The notes: generated by a model from the letters alone, not told the origin. Shown: positions 6,494 through 15,317, numbered from the stretch's first letter. The stretch is 25,949 nucleotides of DNA from a virus (IMGVR_UViG_3300037470_000191:1-25949), one strand, 5' to 3'. Made by a program: numbers and translations.

Positions 6494-6813
6494 TTCACCC
6501 AGAAGGGCAGATATTTCGTGAGAGCAGCGCCAATACTGCCTCCGGCCACGCCGACCCCCGCAAGAAGTCCGACGCCGAGGCTCTTGTTTTTCTTGTAGTC
6601 GGCGATGGCGGGAAGGATAACGTTGTCCTGCTGTTTCCGCATAAAAAGCTGATTTTCCTGCAATAGCGCCAGCGCCGTGTTCGTGGCCCCGGATATCTTG
6701 ACCAGATCATCCAGCTTCTCGTATATTTTCTCGCGGGATTTCTCGGCGCTCTCGATCTTGCTTTCCAGCCGTCCGAGCGTTCTGTTCAGTCCGTTTTCGT
6801 GGCCTTCGGTCAT
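6490..6813 (-). CDS. coiled-coil protein with C-terminal TM helix (holin/antiholin-like)
   Basis: LGRLESKIE... coiled coil, then hydrophobic GVGLLAGVGVAGGSIGAALT. Directly upstream of the endolysin. Confidence 0.7.
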   Translation of the reverse strand: MTEGHENGLNRTLGRLESKIESAEKSREKIYEKLDDLVKISGATNTALALLQENQLFMRKQQDNVILPAIADYKKNKSLGVGLLAGVGVAGGSIGAALTKYLPFWVK

Positions 6814-6834
6814 TATCTAATCCCTTTAAAAAAA

Positions 6835-8193
6835 TCATTCATACATCACGTTGACGGTCCCGGCGTTGAATGTGCCCGATCCAACCAGAATTCTGATTTT
6901 CGTCAGCTCTTCGGCCAGAGTTTTGCCCCCGCCAAAAGTTGCCGCACCTTCGCCGCCGGTTGGTGAACAAGCCCCGCCCTGACAAACCCAGGTATCGCCG
7001 TCCAGCAACGACAGCGTCATCTCGCCGCTGAACTGGGCGGTGACCTGCGCCTCGGCCGGAAGCAGGTAAAAGCCGGATGAGAATGGTGTTGTTTGAAGCG
7101 CGGTTACGTCATCAAAAAACGCGGTGGACCCGCCGTAGCCCGTGGCTTCTTCTCCGGCCGCCGTCGACAGCCGCACAGAGACAATCACGGCGGAGGTTCT
7201 TTTTATCCCGGAAAACAGAAGACTTATCCGCTTGGCGCCAGCCGGAATGTCAAATTCAAAGGATGATGTCCCGGAGGGTGAGATCGCCGTCAGGGAAACG
7301 GGCGCGCCGCCCGCCGCAACCTCGTCAAGGGCGTCCTGAACATCGGTCGCGGTCAGGCCCGACGCGCTGTTGTCATAGTCGATCTGCGCCGCCGCGCCGT
7401 AGGCCGCAACCTCGTCAAGGGCGTCCTGAACATCTTCTGCGGCTAATCCGGATGTTGTGTTAGTATAGGGGACATTCGATGCCTTCAAGATGGTCGTCAC
7501 AATGTCCAATCCATTGCCGATAGCGATTCTACCATCATCAAGAAATTTTTCCGCTGGCCTGTTTCCCACTGCGCCGACAAGCAGGGAAGATCGCGTAAAG
7601 TCCGCCATCTTGTCGAGGGTCACGGCCTTGTCCAAGATCTGGTCAATCTCGAAACGATCCTCCTCTTCGTTCCAGACGGCCATCACGATGTCGGTTCCCT
7701 TGATCTCGCCGCCAACAAGAGCCGCGCCGCCGGATCTGGTGACCGGTTTTGCCCCCACCCCGTCAATATTCAGCGTCGTGGCGGCGTCATTATCTGCGAA
7801 TGCCCTGAAGACATAGATTTGCAAATCAATATACTGGCTGATCGTGAATGAGGCTGATCCGGTAATATCGTTGGTTCCGAGAATGTCGCTGATGGATGTA
7901 TATCCGGCAACGCTAGTAGTGCCGCTGTCAAGGTCCTGCAGGACCTGGTTTCCGGCTTCATCCTCGACCTTGATTGAATATTTATCCGGCACCCATATCT
8001 TGGCCGTGGATCGCCCGTAGGCATCCGTCGGCTGGGGGTTTTCCAGCGGAACCGTCAATTCGCGATCCGAATAGATATCAAGCGGATTAAGCTTCGGGTC
8101 GAGTCCGGCAACGCCGATATATATCTTGCCGTTGACAATCGGGTTTCCACCGTCGTCGACAAATTGGGTCCGTTCGTCAATTCTCGCTGCCAT
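6835..8193 (-). CDS. tail fibre/receptor-binding protein with N-terminal P22 tailspike head-binding domain
   Basis: PIVNGKIYIGVAGLDP...PQPTDAYG resembles the P22 gp9 N-terminus. TLNIDGVGAKPV fibre module and beta-rich C-terminus. Start moved to ATG 8193 (GGGGA RBS), because the listed 8235 start spans a terminator. Confidence 0.88.
   Translation of the reverse strand: MAARIDERTQFVDDGGNPIVNGKIYIGVAGLDPKLNPLDIYSDRELTVPLENPQPTDAYGRSTAKIWVPDKYSIKVEDEAGNQVLQDLDSGTTSVAGYTSISDILGTNDITGSASFTISQYIDLQIYVFRAFADNDAATTLNIDGVGAKPVTRSGGAALVGGEIKGTDIVMAVWNEEEDRFEIDQILDKAVTLDKMADFTRSSLLVGAVGNRPAEKFLDDGRIAIGNGLDIVTTILKASNVPYTNTTSGLAAEDVQDALDEVAAYGAAAQIDYDNSASGLTATDVQDALDEVAAGGAPVSLTAISPSGTSSFEFDIPAGAKRISLLFSGIKRTSAVIVSVRLSTAAGEEATGYGGSTAFFDDVTALQTTPFSSGFYLLPAEAQVTAQFSGEMTLSLLDGDTWVCQGGACSPTGGEGAATFGGGKTLAEELTKIRILVGSGTFNAGTVNVMYE
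7313..7434. repeat. 32-bp perfect direct repeat (30-aa duplication) inside the tail fibre gene
   Basis: gccgcaacctcgtcaagggcgtcctgaacatc at 7313-7344 and 7403-7434 encodes DVQDALDEVAA twice. Confidence 0.95.
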
Positions 8194-8204
8194 GATTTCC
8201 CCAT

Positions 8205-8230
8205 AAAAAAAGGCCCCGAAGGGCCTGTTT
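8205..8230 (-). terminator. intrinsic terminator between the moron and the tail fibre gene
   Basis: Minus strand reads AGGCCC-TTCG-GGGCCT-TTTTTT: a cUUCGg tetraloop with a U tract. Confidence 0.9.
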
Positions 8231-8252
8231 CGCATCGATTAAAAAAATTCAG

Positions 8253-8480
8253 CTATTCACATTTGAACGTCAGCATTCCCATGGCGCCCATGGTGCCCGC
8301 GTCATTCACAAGGATCGCGTGCTTGTCATACTTCTGACAGTGTTTTGCCGCAGCCGCCGCGACCTTGGCCCGCTTTGCGATACCAACCCGGTCATAGGTG
8401 ACACCATGTTCATTTGCCAAAATTGCTCTCGAACATCCGGCAAGCGAAACCATGGCGATTATCAGGATAAGTTTTTTCAT
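8253..8480 (-). CDS. small lipoprotein moron
   Basis: MKKLILIIAMVSLAG-C lipobox, internal AAKHC...FKCE Cys pair, and its own promoter and terminator. Confidence 0.85.
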   Translation of the reverse strand: MKKLILIIAMVSLAGCSRAILANEHGVTYDRVGIAKRAKVAAAAAKHCQKYDKHAILVNDAGTMGAMGMLTFKCE

Positions 8481-8485
8481 GTCGC

Positions 8486-8516
8486 ATTATATGCACATTT
8501 AAGGCGCGCCGCGCAA
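8486..8516 (-). promoter_or_regulatory. sigma70-like promoter, probably leaderless
   Basis: TTGCGC (8516-8511), 19 nt, TATAAT (8491-8486), 5 nt, then ATG. No Shine-Dalgarno sequence. Confidence 0.6.
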
Positions 8517-8524
8517 GTCCGGGA

Positions 8525-11500
8525 TTATTTGCTCTTTTCCTGTGACCCGCGCTGTTTGGCTATTTCGGATGTTACTTTCTTCGCATAATTGTTGCGCTCA
8601 TTGATAAGGTTATCCAGCATCATGGCCTTGAGCGCTCCCATGCTTCGCCATGTTCCGGCGCGCTGAGCACTGACAACGATGTTGCCCTTCGTAATCTTGC
8701 TTTGCTGCTTGGCAAGTTTCCGCGTTTCCTTGAGGTTTTTCGTATTGTAGACCTTTCTGATTTCGCCGCTAAACCCCCGCATGAACTTCTTGGCATTATT
8801 GAGAGGCCCGTAGAGACGATTGGCTTCGGTGAATTCCTGTTCGCGCGCCATGGCTTCGCGGTCGCTACTCAGAAGCTGCTTGATGGTCCGCCGCGTCTCG
8901 GTCGCTTCCTTCAGGGCATCGTAGAAATCTCCGACCGCCTTCGAGGACCGGGATGGCTGCTGGCGGTAGAACCGCTTGATGACCGGATACTGGTCGACCC
9001 GCAAATCCGGCGCATTATCGAAGAAGATTCCGTCTGAAATCGAGAGTCCGTAAGCTGCCCATGTATTGAAATATCCCCGCAGCAGGTGTTGTGCCTGAAC
9101 CGGCGATACCCGGTTGAGGCCCGGCACATTACGAACCGTTTCGCCTGCAGTGCGCAAGGTCTGCGAGGTTGATGTGTTGCTGCGCGCCCACGGCTGGACA
9201 GCCTCCTGCGCCATCCCCTCGACAGGACGTCCTGTGAATCGGTTCCTGTTTGAGTACACCTCATAGAGCGGCGCGAAGGCCTGCGGAATATATTCAAGGC
9301 CGAACGTGCTGAGGGCGACATTTGCAACGTTCCTGGCGCCCTCAAGGGGGGTGCTCTTGTCGATTGCCTCCATGGTGCGTTCCGCGGCTGAGGAGACAGC
9401 CCCGACCTCCCAGAGCTTCGGAAAGCGAAAATGATGAAACCGCTCATCGACAGGAGCGTCATCCGGCGTGTCGAATTTCGGAACGAAGAAATGCCAGTTC
9501 GTGTCCTTGTCCCAATCCTCAAGGTCCTGATAGAGCGGGTTATCCTTGTTGAGATACCACAGCGCCGCGCTCATCAGCCCAAGCATCCCTGTTTTGGCCG
9601 CAATCGCCGCCTTGTTCTTGTCCTGTGTAAATCCGCGATAGGTCCGGTCGATGCCGTTCGCGGCGGCTTTCAGGAAGATCACCGTGTCATACATGAAGCC
9701 GATACCTTCGGCGATATCATCGAACTTGTCATGCAGTTCGTGCCCCCTTCGGAGTCCGCCGCCGCGCATGGCAAAATCCGTCGAGACTTCCCGCGCCCGG
9801 TAAGCAGCGTGACGAGGATGCTCACCAAGTGCCCGGGCGCGCCGGAACTCCCCGAGCCGGGTTGACATTTCCGCCGCGTCAGCCATAACTTCCAGCGCAT
9901 AAAACATCTTGCGCGGCACATTCAGGACATTGTGGGGATTGATGCCTTTCTTGGTATAGAATTTCTCCAGATGTGCGGTAAAGGCCTCCTCGTCCACGAG
10001 ATAGGATGAAAATCCACCGCCGTTGGCAATGAAGTCCTTGTAGTTTTGATCCTGCGTCACACGTGACTTGATGCCCCGGAGACTGTCAAGCAGCGGCACA
10101 AATCCCGACCGGGACATAATGCTGCCAAGCGCCGTGTCCCGGGCAAGGTTCGCGGCCATGAAGTCCGGTGTGAGCGTGATGGAAGCTTGCCCGAGCCGCT
10201 TTGGAAGGCTCAAGACCTTCGTGATCCAGTTCTTCGAGGGGCGATTTAGCCCGATCAGCGACCGAAGCACAAGCGGATCGGCTACCTCGAAAAACACAGG
10301 TTTGCCATTCTCAAGCGCGGCCACGATGTTGCCGCCCTGCGGGGCTTGGCCGCGCAGGATGAATTCGGTAAAGGGCCCAAGATCCGCTGTCATTTTGTCG
10401 AGCATGATCTGCATGTCGACAGGCATATCCGCCTTGCTGTCGGCCCCCATGGCATCAACAAGCGCCTTCTCGATCTGAGCGGATTCAACGGAGACCGGAA
10501 CCTGATCCTTCGGTATTTTGGCCATGAACTTTGCCCCGCGTGGCCCCGATGCCAGTTGAGCAGCTTTCAAACGGACTTCATTGGTGAGCGCTGCGTCAAT
10601 CAGGGTGGCTGCGTTCTGCACGACATTCTTGGCGATATCCTGAAGATTTTCTGTCCCGCCCGTCAGGCGCTGTATTCCTTTCCAGTTACCCTCGGTTCCC
10701 TTGTTGCCCTTTGCGCCGCGTGTGCCGACGCGATAGAACGGAATATACTCTGCGCGCATCCACATTTTGCGGTTGTCGGAGTTAATAACGCCCTTCGCCT
10801 GGGCAAAGTCGAGAATGCGGTTGTTCCATGCCTGATATTCATCGAACGCCTTGCGAAAGGCGGGCGTCTCCATCTTCGTCATGGCGTCGATTTCGTTTTT
10901 GGTGAACAGATGCTCCCGACCCTGCCCCATCAGTTCGCGCGCTGAACGGCCCGCCGCGTAGGTCCAGAATTCCTCCTGCCTGTTGGCGACCGGCTCCAGT
11001 ATCTGTTTCAACCCCTTGCCGACATAGCTGTGGCTGCCGTCGGCATTGACCTTCGGGGCTCCGATTGTCAGAGCGCCCTCTATCATCGAATGTTTTGCTC
11101 GTGAAAGACGGGCGGTCTCGTACAGGCCGACAGGCGTAATTTCGCCCAGAAGGTCATTCTCCATCTCTCGCAGCCCGTGAAGATCGTCGACAACGGCCTG
11201 CCGCAGCCGCCCCCCGATATTGGTTGGTAACCCTTCCTCCGCCTCGCCGATCTTCGAACGGGCGCGCTTCAGGGCGTCTTGATCAAACCATGCGGTCATG
11301 TCTGTTCGTGCCTTTTGAAGCGCCGGGCCATATTCGTTGCGGGCAACAAAATCGTTGAACCAGCCGTTGAATTGCGGGGCTAGTTCTGCCGCTTTTTCCG
11401 GTTGCGTCGACCACAGGCGCACGAACTCGGCGAACCCCTCATGAATCTTCTTCTTGTCGTAGGAGACGCCACGCAATTCATCCCTGAACACCTTGTTTGC

Positions 11501-13069
11501 CTTGTATTGCTTTGCAATTTCCGGGGCCCGGTCGTCGATCATATGCGCGACCTCATGGGCGACCACCTCGATGTCGTTCGCCTTGCGGGTCCGGATTTCA
11601 TTGACACCCTTGCGATGGAAGCCCTCGGCCTTCATCTGTGCTGGTATACGCCCCTGATAGAACGGCACATCGAGGGCGCGCGAAAAATCCTTGAGTATTT
11701 TGTCGCGCCGCACCGGATCAGCCAGATCGCGGCTTGCCGGATCACCCGGCGCATCCTTTCGCATTCCGGCAAAGTTTTCGCCCTGTGCCATCCTGTCCGG
11801 CGCGCGGTTGAAAGAGACATCTCCCTCATCGGGTGACGGTTGCCCTGCGTCATCCTGCAGTGCCGCAACCGGCTCTTGTTCCGCAGTCGGTTCAGTCTCC
11901 ACCCCGGTGACGGCGCTTCCCTCCTGCTCTGGTGGCGTTCTGGATGCGGCGACTTGCGAGTCTTCAAACACGTCCTGCCGACCACTTGCCGGCTCCTGCC
12001 CCGTATCCTCGCCGGTTTCGGCAATTTCAGGCTCAGGGCGCATCTGTGACGCGGGATCGGCTGACCGGCCTCTGCGGCCCTTTAAGCCGAATATCGAGGC
12101 AACCGTATTGAACAGCGCGCCGATCCCGAAGCCAATGCCTGCGCCTTCGGCAGCGGATTCAAATATTTTCCGCTCCGGGTCGTACTTGATCAGATCGGAC
12201 GCAATCAGGTTGCTGGCAATGGATTGAAAGGCTTCCTGAACGGCTTCTTCCGTGCCGCCCTTGGCCGCATTGATAATCACGCTCTTGATGCCGCCGTTGG
12301 TTCCCTTGTCGAGACGGTCGAGCAGCCTGACAATCGGAATGGCCTCCGTCGTGCCGACAAGGCCGCCCAGCCCGGCCGCGTTGTAAGCATCTTCCAGCGA
12401 AGCGCCTTTGTCGAGCGCATCCATATACTGGTTCGTCGCCTGTGATCCTGCTCCCATAACACCGGCGGCGGCCATAGCGCCTTTGGCTGTTCCGCCCGCA
12501 AGGCCGCCTGCGAGAAAGCCCCCTGTCGAGCCGACTCCCTGCCCGATCTTGTCGGAAAGCTCTCCTGTATACTCCGGGTTGGTTTCGGCGTTGGCGAAGA
12601 AATCACTGATCCACTGCCCCGCCTGATAGAGAACGCCCTCTTCAGGTTTGTCGATAAACCCCATCTTGGCGTCAGCAATTGCGCCCGCCTTCAGGGTGTC
12701 GCCCAGCACATTGCCAAAACCCTGAATCCCGCTTGATATCGCGCTCTGGAATTCAGAGAGTTTCGCCGGGTTGGTTTCCGTCATCGAGAACAGGGGACGG
12801 TCAGGGGCCTTGCCGTTCAGCTTTGCCAGCAAGTCAGGGTCCGTCACTTCTTTCGGCGGCGCGTTCAGCTGCGCCAGCAGAGCGGGGTCGGTAACCTCGC
12901 GGGGCCCGGCGTTCAGCTTTTCGACAAGCGCCGGATCGATGACTTCCTTAAGGGCCGGGCGGCCTTGTCGGCGTTCCATCCGCCGTGCCGTGGCGTTATT
13001 TGCCATGCCGGGATTTTGCGGAAAAACGGTATTCCTGCGCTCCCGGCGGCGCGCGGTGGTGTCATTCAT
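8525..13069 (-). CDS. large polyvalent internal virion/ejection protein (P22 gp16 slot) with HExxH motif and LPD38-like C-terminal domain
   Basis: 1514 aa, third gene of the ejection cluster. Gly/Ala-rich membrane-like segment with EGGTEEAVQE-like motif, AHEVAH...EGFAE, and NKDNPLYQDLEDWDKDTNWHF...RFPKLWEVG. Confidence 0.85.
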   Translation of the reverse strand: MNDTTARRRERRNTVFPQNPGMANNATARRMERRQGRPALKEVIDPALVEKLNAGPREVTDPALLAQLNAPPKEVTDPDLLAKLNGKAPDRPLFSMTETNPAKLSEFQSAISSGIQGFGNVLGDTLKAGAIADAKMGFIDKPEEGVLYQAGQWISDFFANAETNPEYTGELSDKIGQGVGSTGGFLAGGLAGGTAKGAMAAAGVMGAGSQATNQYMDALDKGASLEDAYNAAGLGGLVGTTEAIPIVRLLDRLDKGTNGGIKSVIINAAKGGTEEAVQEAFQSIASNLIASDLIKYDPERKIFESAAEGAGIGFGIGALFNTVASIFGLKGRRGRSADPASQMRPEPEIAETGEDTGQEPASGRQDVFEDSQVAASRTPPEQEGSAVTGVETEPTAEQEPVAALQDDAGQPSPDEGDVSFNRAPDRMAQGENFAGMRKDAPGDPASRDLADPVRRDKILKDFSRALDVPFYQGRIPAQMKAEGFHRKGVNEIRTRKANDIEVVAHEVAHMIDDRAPEIAKQYKANKVFRDELRGVSYDKKKIHEGFAEFVRLWSTQPEKAAELAPQFNGWFNDFVARNEYGPALQKARTDMTAWFDQDALKRARSKIGEAEEGLPTNIGGRLRQAVVDDLHGLREMENDLLGEITPVGLYETARLSRAKHSMIEGALTIGAPKVNADGSHSYVGKGLKQILEPVANRQEEFWTYAAGRSARELMGQGREHLFTKNEIDAMTKMETPAFRKAFDEYQAWNNRILDFAQAKGVINSDNRKMWMRAEYIPFYRVGTRGAKGNKGTEGNWKGIQRLTGGTENLQDIAKNVVQNAATLIDAALTNEVRLKAAQLASGPRGAKFMAKIPKDQVPVSVESAQIEKALVDAMGADSKADMPVDMQIMLDKMTADLGPFTEFILRGQAPQGGNIVAALENGKPVFFEVADPLVLRSLIGLNRPSKNWITKVLSLPKRLGQASITLTPDFMAANLARDTALGSIMSRSGFVPLLDSLRGIKSRVTQDQNYKDFIANGGGFSSYLVDEEAFTAHLEKFYTKKGINPHNVLNVPRKMFYALEVMADAAEMSTRLGEFRRARALGEHPRHAAYRAREVSTDFAMRGGGLRRGHELHDKFDDIAEGIGFMYDTVIFLKAAANGIDRTYRGFTQDKNKAAIAAKTGMLGLMSAALWYLNKDNPLYQDLEDWDKDTNWHFFVPKFDTPDDAPVDERFHHFRFPKLWEVGAVSSAAERTMEAIDKSTPLEGARNVANVALSTFGLEYIPQAFAPLYEVYSNRNRFTGRPVEGMAQEAVQPWARSNTSTSQTLRTAGETVRNVPGLNRVSPVQAQHLLRGYFNTWAAYGLSISDGIFFDNAPDLRVDQYPVIKRFYRQQPSRSSKAVGDFYDALKEATETRRTIKQLLSSDREAMAREQEFTEANRLYGPLNNAKKFMRGFSGEIRKVYNTKNLKETRKLAKQQSKITKGNIVVSAQRAGTWRSMGALKAMMLDNLINERNNYAKKVTSEIAKQRGSQEKSK
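12815..12949 (-). repeat. three 16-aa EVTDPxLLxxLN repeats
   Basis: EVIDPALVEKLN / EVTDPALLAQLN / EVTDPDLLAKLN at a 48-nt period. Confidence 0.9.
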
Positions 13070-14103
13070 TGCTCAAACCATTTGCCGTTGATCTTGACAT
13101 AGGTCTTGCCGCCAAGTGTTCGCGTCTCCTCGCTGCCGCCTTCTTCCTGGGCAGCTTTCGGGGCAACATCCGATTTCTTTCCGGCAAAGAGTTGCTGGAA
13201 GCGGTCAAACTCCGGATCGTCCCCCTTCTTCTTCTTGAGCGCGTTGCGGATTTGCGCGGTGAGATACGGGTCATAGTCCGGGTTAGGAAATCCTGTGTCG
13301 GTGCTTTTCACCGTGCGCTTGATAAGGTCGTCGGGCGTGGTTCCCTCCAGCTTCTGCAAAAGGATATTGCGATCATTGTCGACAATGAAGCTGGTTCGAT
13401 CATCGCCCTCATTTTCCTTGAAGCGAGGAGAGTTGGCGATCCGTCTCCACGTTCCTGAGGCAGAGTTCCATTCTTCGGTCACAATCTCATTGCCGCGCTT
13501 TACTTCGCGGGTTTTAGCAGGAAGAGCAGGCGCCAGCAGATCCTTGACCTCCTGACCGGCCAGCATCATGCGATCGATCTCGGTGTCAAGCTGGCCCTCC
13601 GTCATGTTGGAAAGATGGACGATGCGGTCAAGCGGCTTGTCCTCGACTGAATATTGCCGCCCGATTTCAGAAAGCACCTTCTTGCGCGAGACGAAATCCG
13701 GTGCATCCTTGAGCTGCTTTGCAAGGCGCACGCCGTTCTCGACCTCCCTCCCGACAGCCTCCATTTGCTGCTCATCGCCGGACTTGAGAAGTTCCGACAC
13801 GGTTTTCGCCAGAGTCGGGTTCAGGGCGGCGAGGGTGGACAGCCGTCCGGTTTCCGCCGCCACGTCCTCTTGCGTCGGCTCCTGCCCCTGCCGTGCATGG
13901 CGACCCTGAAACAGGTTTTGCAGCGCCATCTGGATATCCGCCTGCTTTTGCGCCTCCGCCTCTTTCTGCGCCTGACTTTCGTCAATTTCGCGCTGCCGGT
14001 CCTGCCGCTGCTGGCGGGTGCCAAACGCTCCCATAAGCGTCCGTAGTGCCTCCGTCGGATCGGGGGCAAGGCTGGCCCCGTGGGCGTTATACAATGTCGC
14101 CAT
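13066..14103 (-). CDS. ejection/DNA transfer protein (P22 gp20 slot)
   Basis: Synteny between the gp7-like and gp16-slot genes. Q/R/E-rich helical N-terminus. Confidence 0.65.
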   Translation of the reverse strand: MATLYNAHGASLAPDPTEALRTLMGAFGTRQQRQDRQREIDESQAQKEAEAQKQADIQMALQNLFQGRHARQGQEPTQEDVAAETGRLSTLAALNPTLAKTVSELLKSGDEQQMEAVGREVENGVRLAKQLKDAPDFVSRKKVLSEIGRQYSVEDKPLDRIVHLSNMTEGQLDTEIDRMMLAGQEVKDLLAPALPAKTREVKRGNEIVTEEWNSASGTWRRIANSPRFKENEGDDRTSFIVDNDRNILLQKLEGTTPDDLIKRTVKSTDTGFPNPDYDPYLTAQIRNALKKKKGDDPEFDRFQQLFAGKKSDVAPKAAQEEGGSEETRTLGGKTYVKINGKWFEQ

Positions 14104-14935
14104 GGTCGATCTCCTTGAGCAATGCCGGATAGTTGATCACCTTGATGCCTCCAACTTCATGCACGAATTCCGGATATCGATCCTCGACCTCATGGGCCAT
14201 AAAGCCGATGTTGCCGCACAGTTCGACCATCGTGCCGTCCGTCTCCGGTCGCCAGTCCCATTGATAGATGCCGAGCCCGTCAACATCGGCGATCTTCTCG
14301 ACATTCTTCTTCAGACGGATATCGGAAAAGAACATGGCGGCCACCGATGCGGCGGTCGTAATGGCTCCCTGTCGCCGCGACGCATCTGATTGCGCGTCCG
14401 TGATGATGCCCGCCGAGCGCGCCTGTCCGCTTTTTCCGAGATAATCGGCGATCTGGGCGGAGGACTGACTGCCGAGCGCACCCAGCCCCGCTGCCGCGTT
14501 CTGGCCCGACCCGACAATCTCGCTTTCGCGCCCGGAAAGCAGTGCCTCCAAGGCAAGCCCGATATCCTGCGGCACCGCCGCCGCCGCCTCTACCCCGGCT
14601 CCTGAGCGCGTCAAACCGCCTGCCGCAAGCTGCCCCTCGACGCCGCGCGTGCGTTCATCAACGAGATTGCTGAAAATATCGGAGTTGAAAATCTTGCCCA
14701 GCCGCGCATCAAGCCCCTCGACCGTCGCCGCCTCCTGCATCCCCGGCAACGCCTCGTGTCCGGCGGCGATATTCGGCGCAATATTCTCCTGCGTCAGATT
14801 GAACTGCCGCTGGATTTCCGCGATGGCGTTCCTGTTGGCCGCCGCCTCTAGCTCCGCCGCATCGCGGGCCGAGTGATCGTCGCGCCAGAACCCCATCGGA
14901 TCGGCGACCTTGCCGAGAAAACTATCGCTGCCCAT
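14087..14935 (-). CDS. P22 gp7-like DNA transfer protein with C-terminal peptidase S74-type chaperone domain
   Basis: A/G/Q-rich body with AAGGLTRSG and GQNAAAGLG (gp7-like). C-terminus FSDIRLKKNV...IGFMAHEVEDRYPEFV...VINY. Confidence 0.8.
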   Translation of the reverse strand: MGSDSFLGKVADPMGFWRDDHSARDAAELEAAANRNAIAEIQRQFNLTQENIAPNIAAGHEALPGMQEAATVEGLDARLGKIFNSDIFSNLVDERTRGVEGQLAAGGLTRSGAGVEAAAAVPQDIGLALEALLSGRESEIVGSGQNAAAGLGALGSQSSAQIADYLGKSGQARSAGIITDAQSDASRRQGAITTAASVAAMFFSDIRLKKNVEKIADVDGLGIYQWDWRPETDGTMVELCGNIGFMAHEVEDRYPEFVHEVGGIKVINYPALLKEIDHGDIV

Positions 14936-15317
14936 GACTGTCCACCTCTTGTTTCATCTTGCCGGCCTCCAATTTGTAAAAAACCCGGTCATCAGCCTGA
15001 TGCGACCGATGGCCGCCGACCGATATCGACATAACCGCGATTTCCGGGCGGTCTTCCCGCGCAACGCTGTAAATCACTGCCACATCATGAACATCGAACA
15101 TCCGGCAGATCGCCTCGGTTACGGATTGCTTTGCGGCCATGCCTTTCAGGTTGGTGCAGCCGTGGATCAGCATCCCGTCGAGATAGGGCTCGAATACCCA
15201 GACGCCGCGATCCATGCCGTCATGGACATCCATAAGGTAATGCACCAGCGGTGACAGGTTTGCCTTCCATGGCGTGAATTTGTTGATCCGCCTGAAATCC
15301 CGTATTTCCTCGATCAT
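14922..15317 (-). CDS. P22 gp14-slot protein (possibly GNAT-like/DUF2824)
   Basis: Position and size match gp14. Sequence resemblance is weak. Confidence 0.55.
   Translation of the reverse strand: MIEEIRDFRRINKFTPWKANLSPLVHYLMDVHDGMDRGVWVFEPYLDGMLIHGCTNLKGMAAKQSVTEAICRMFDVHDVAVIYSVAREDRPEIAVMSISVGGHRSHQADDRVFYKLEAGKMKQEVDSHGQR

Noticed and set aside
8194-8235. N-terminal extension MRNRPFGAFFYGEI of the tail fibre ORF
   Set aside because: It is the translation of the terminator hairpin. ATG 8193 has an RBS.
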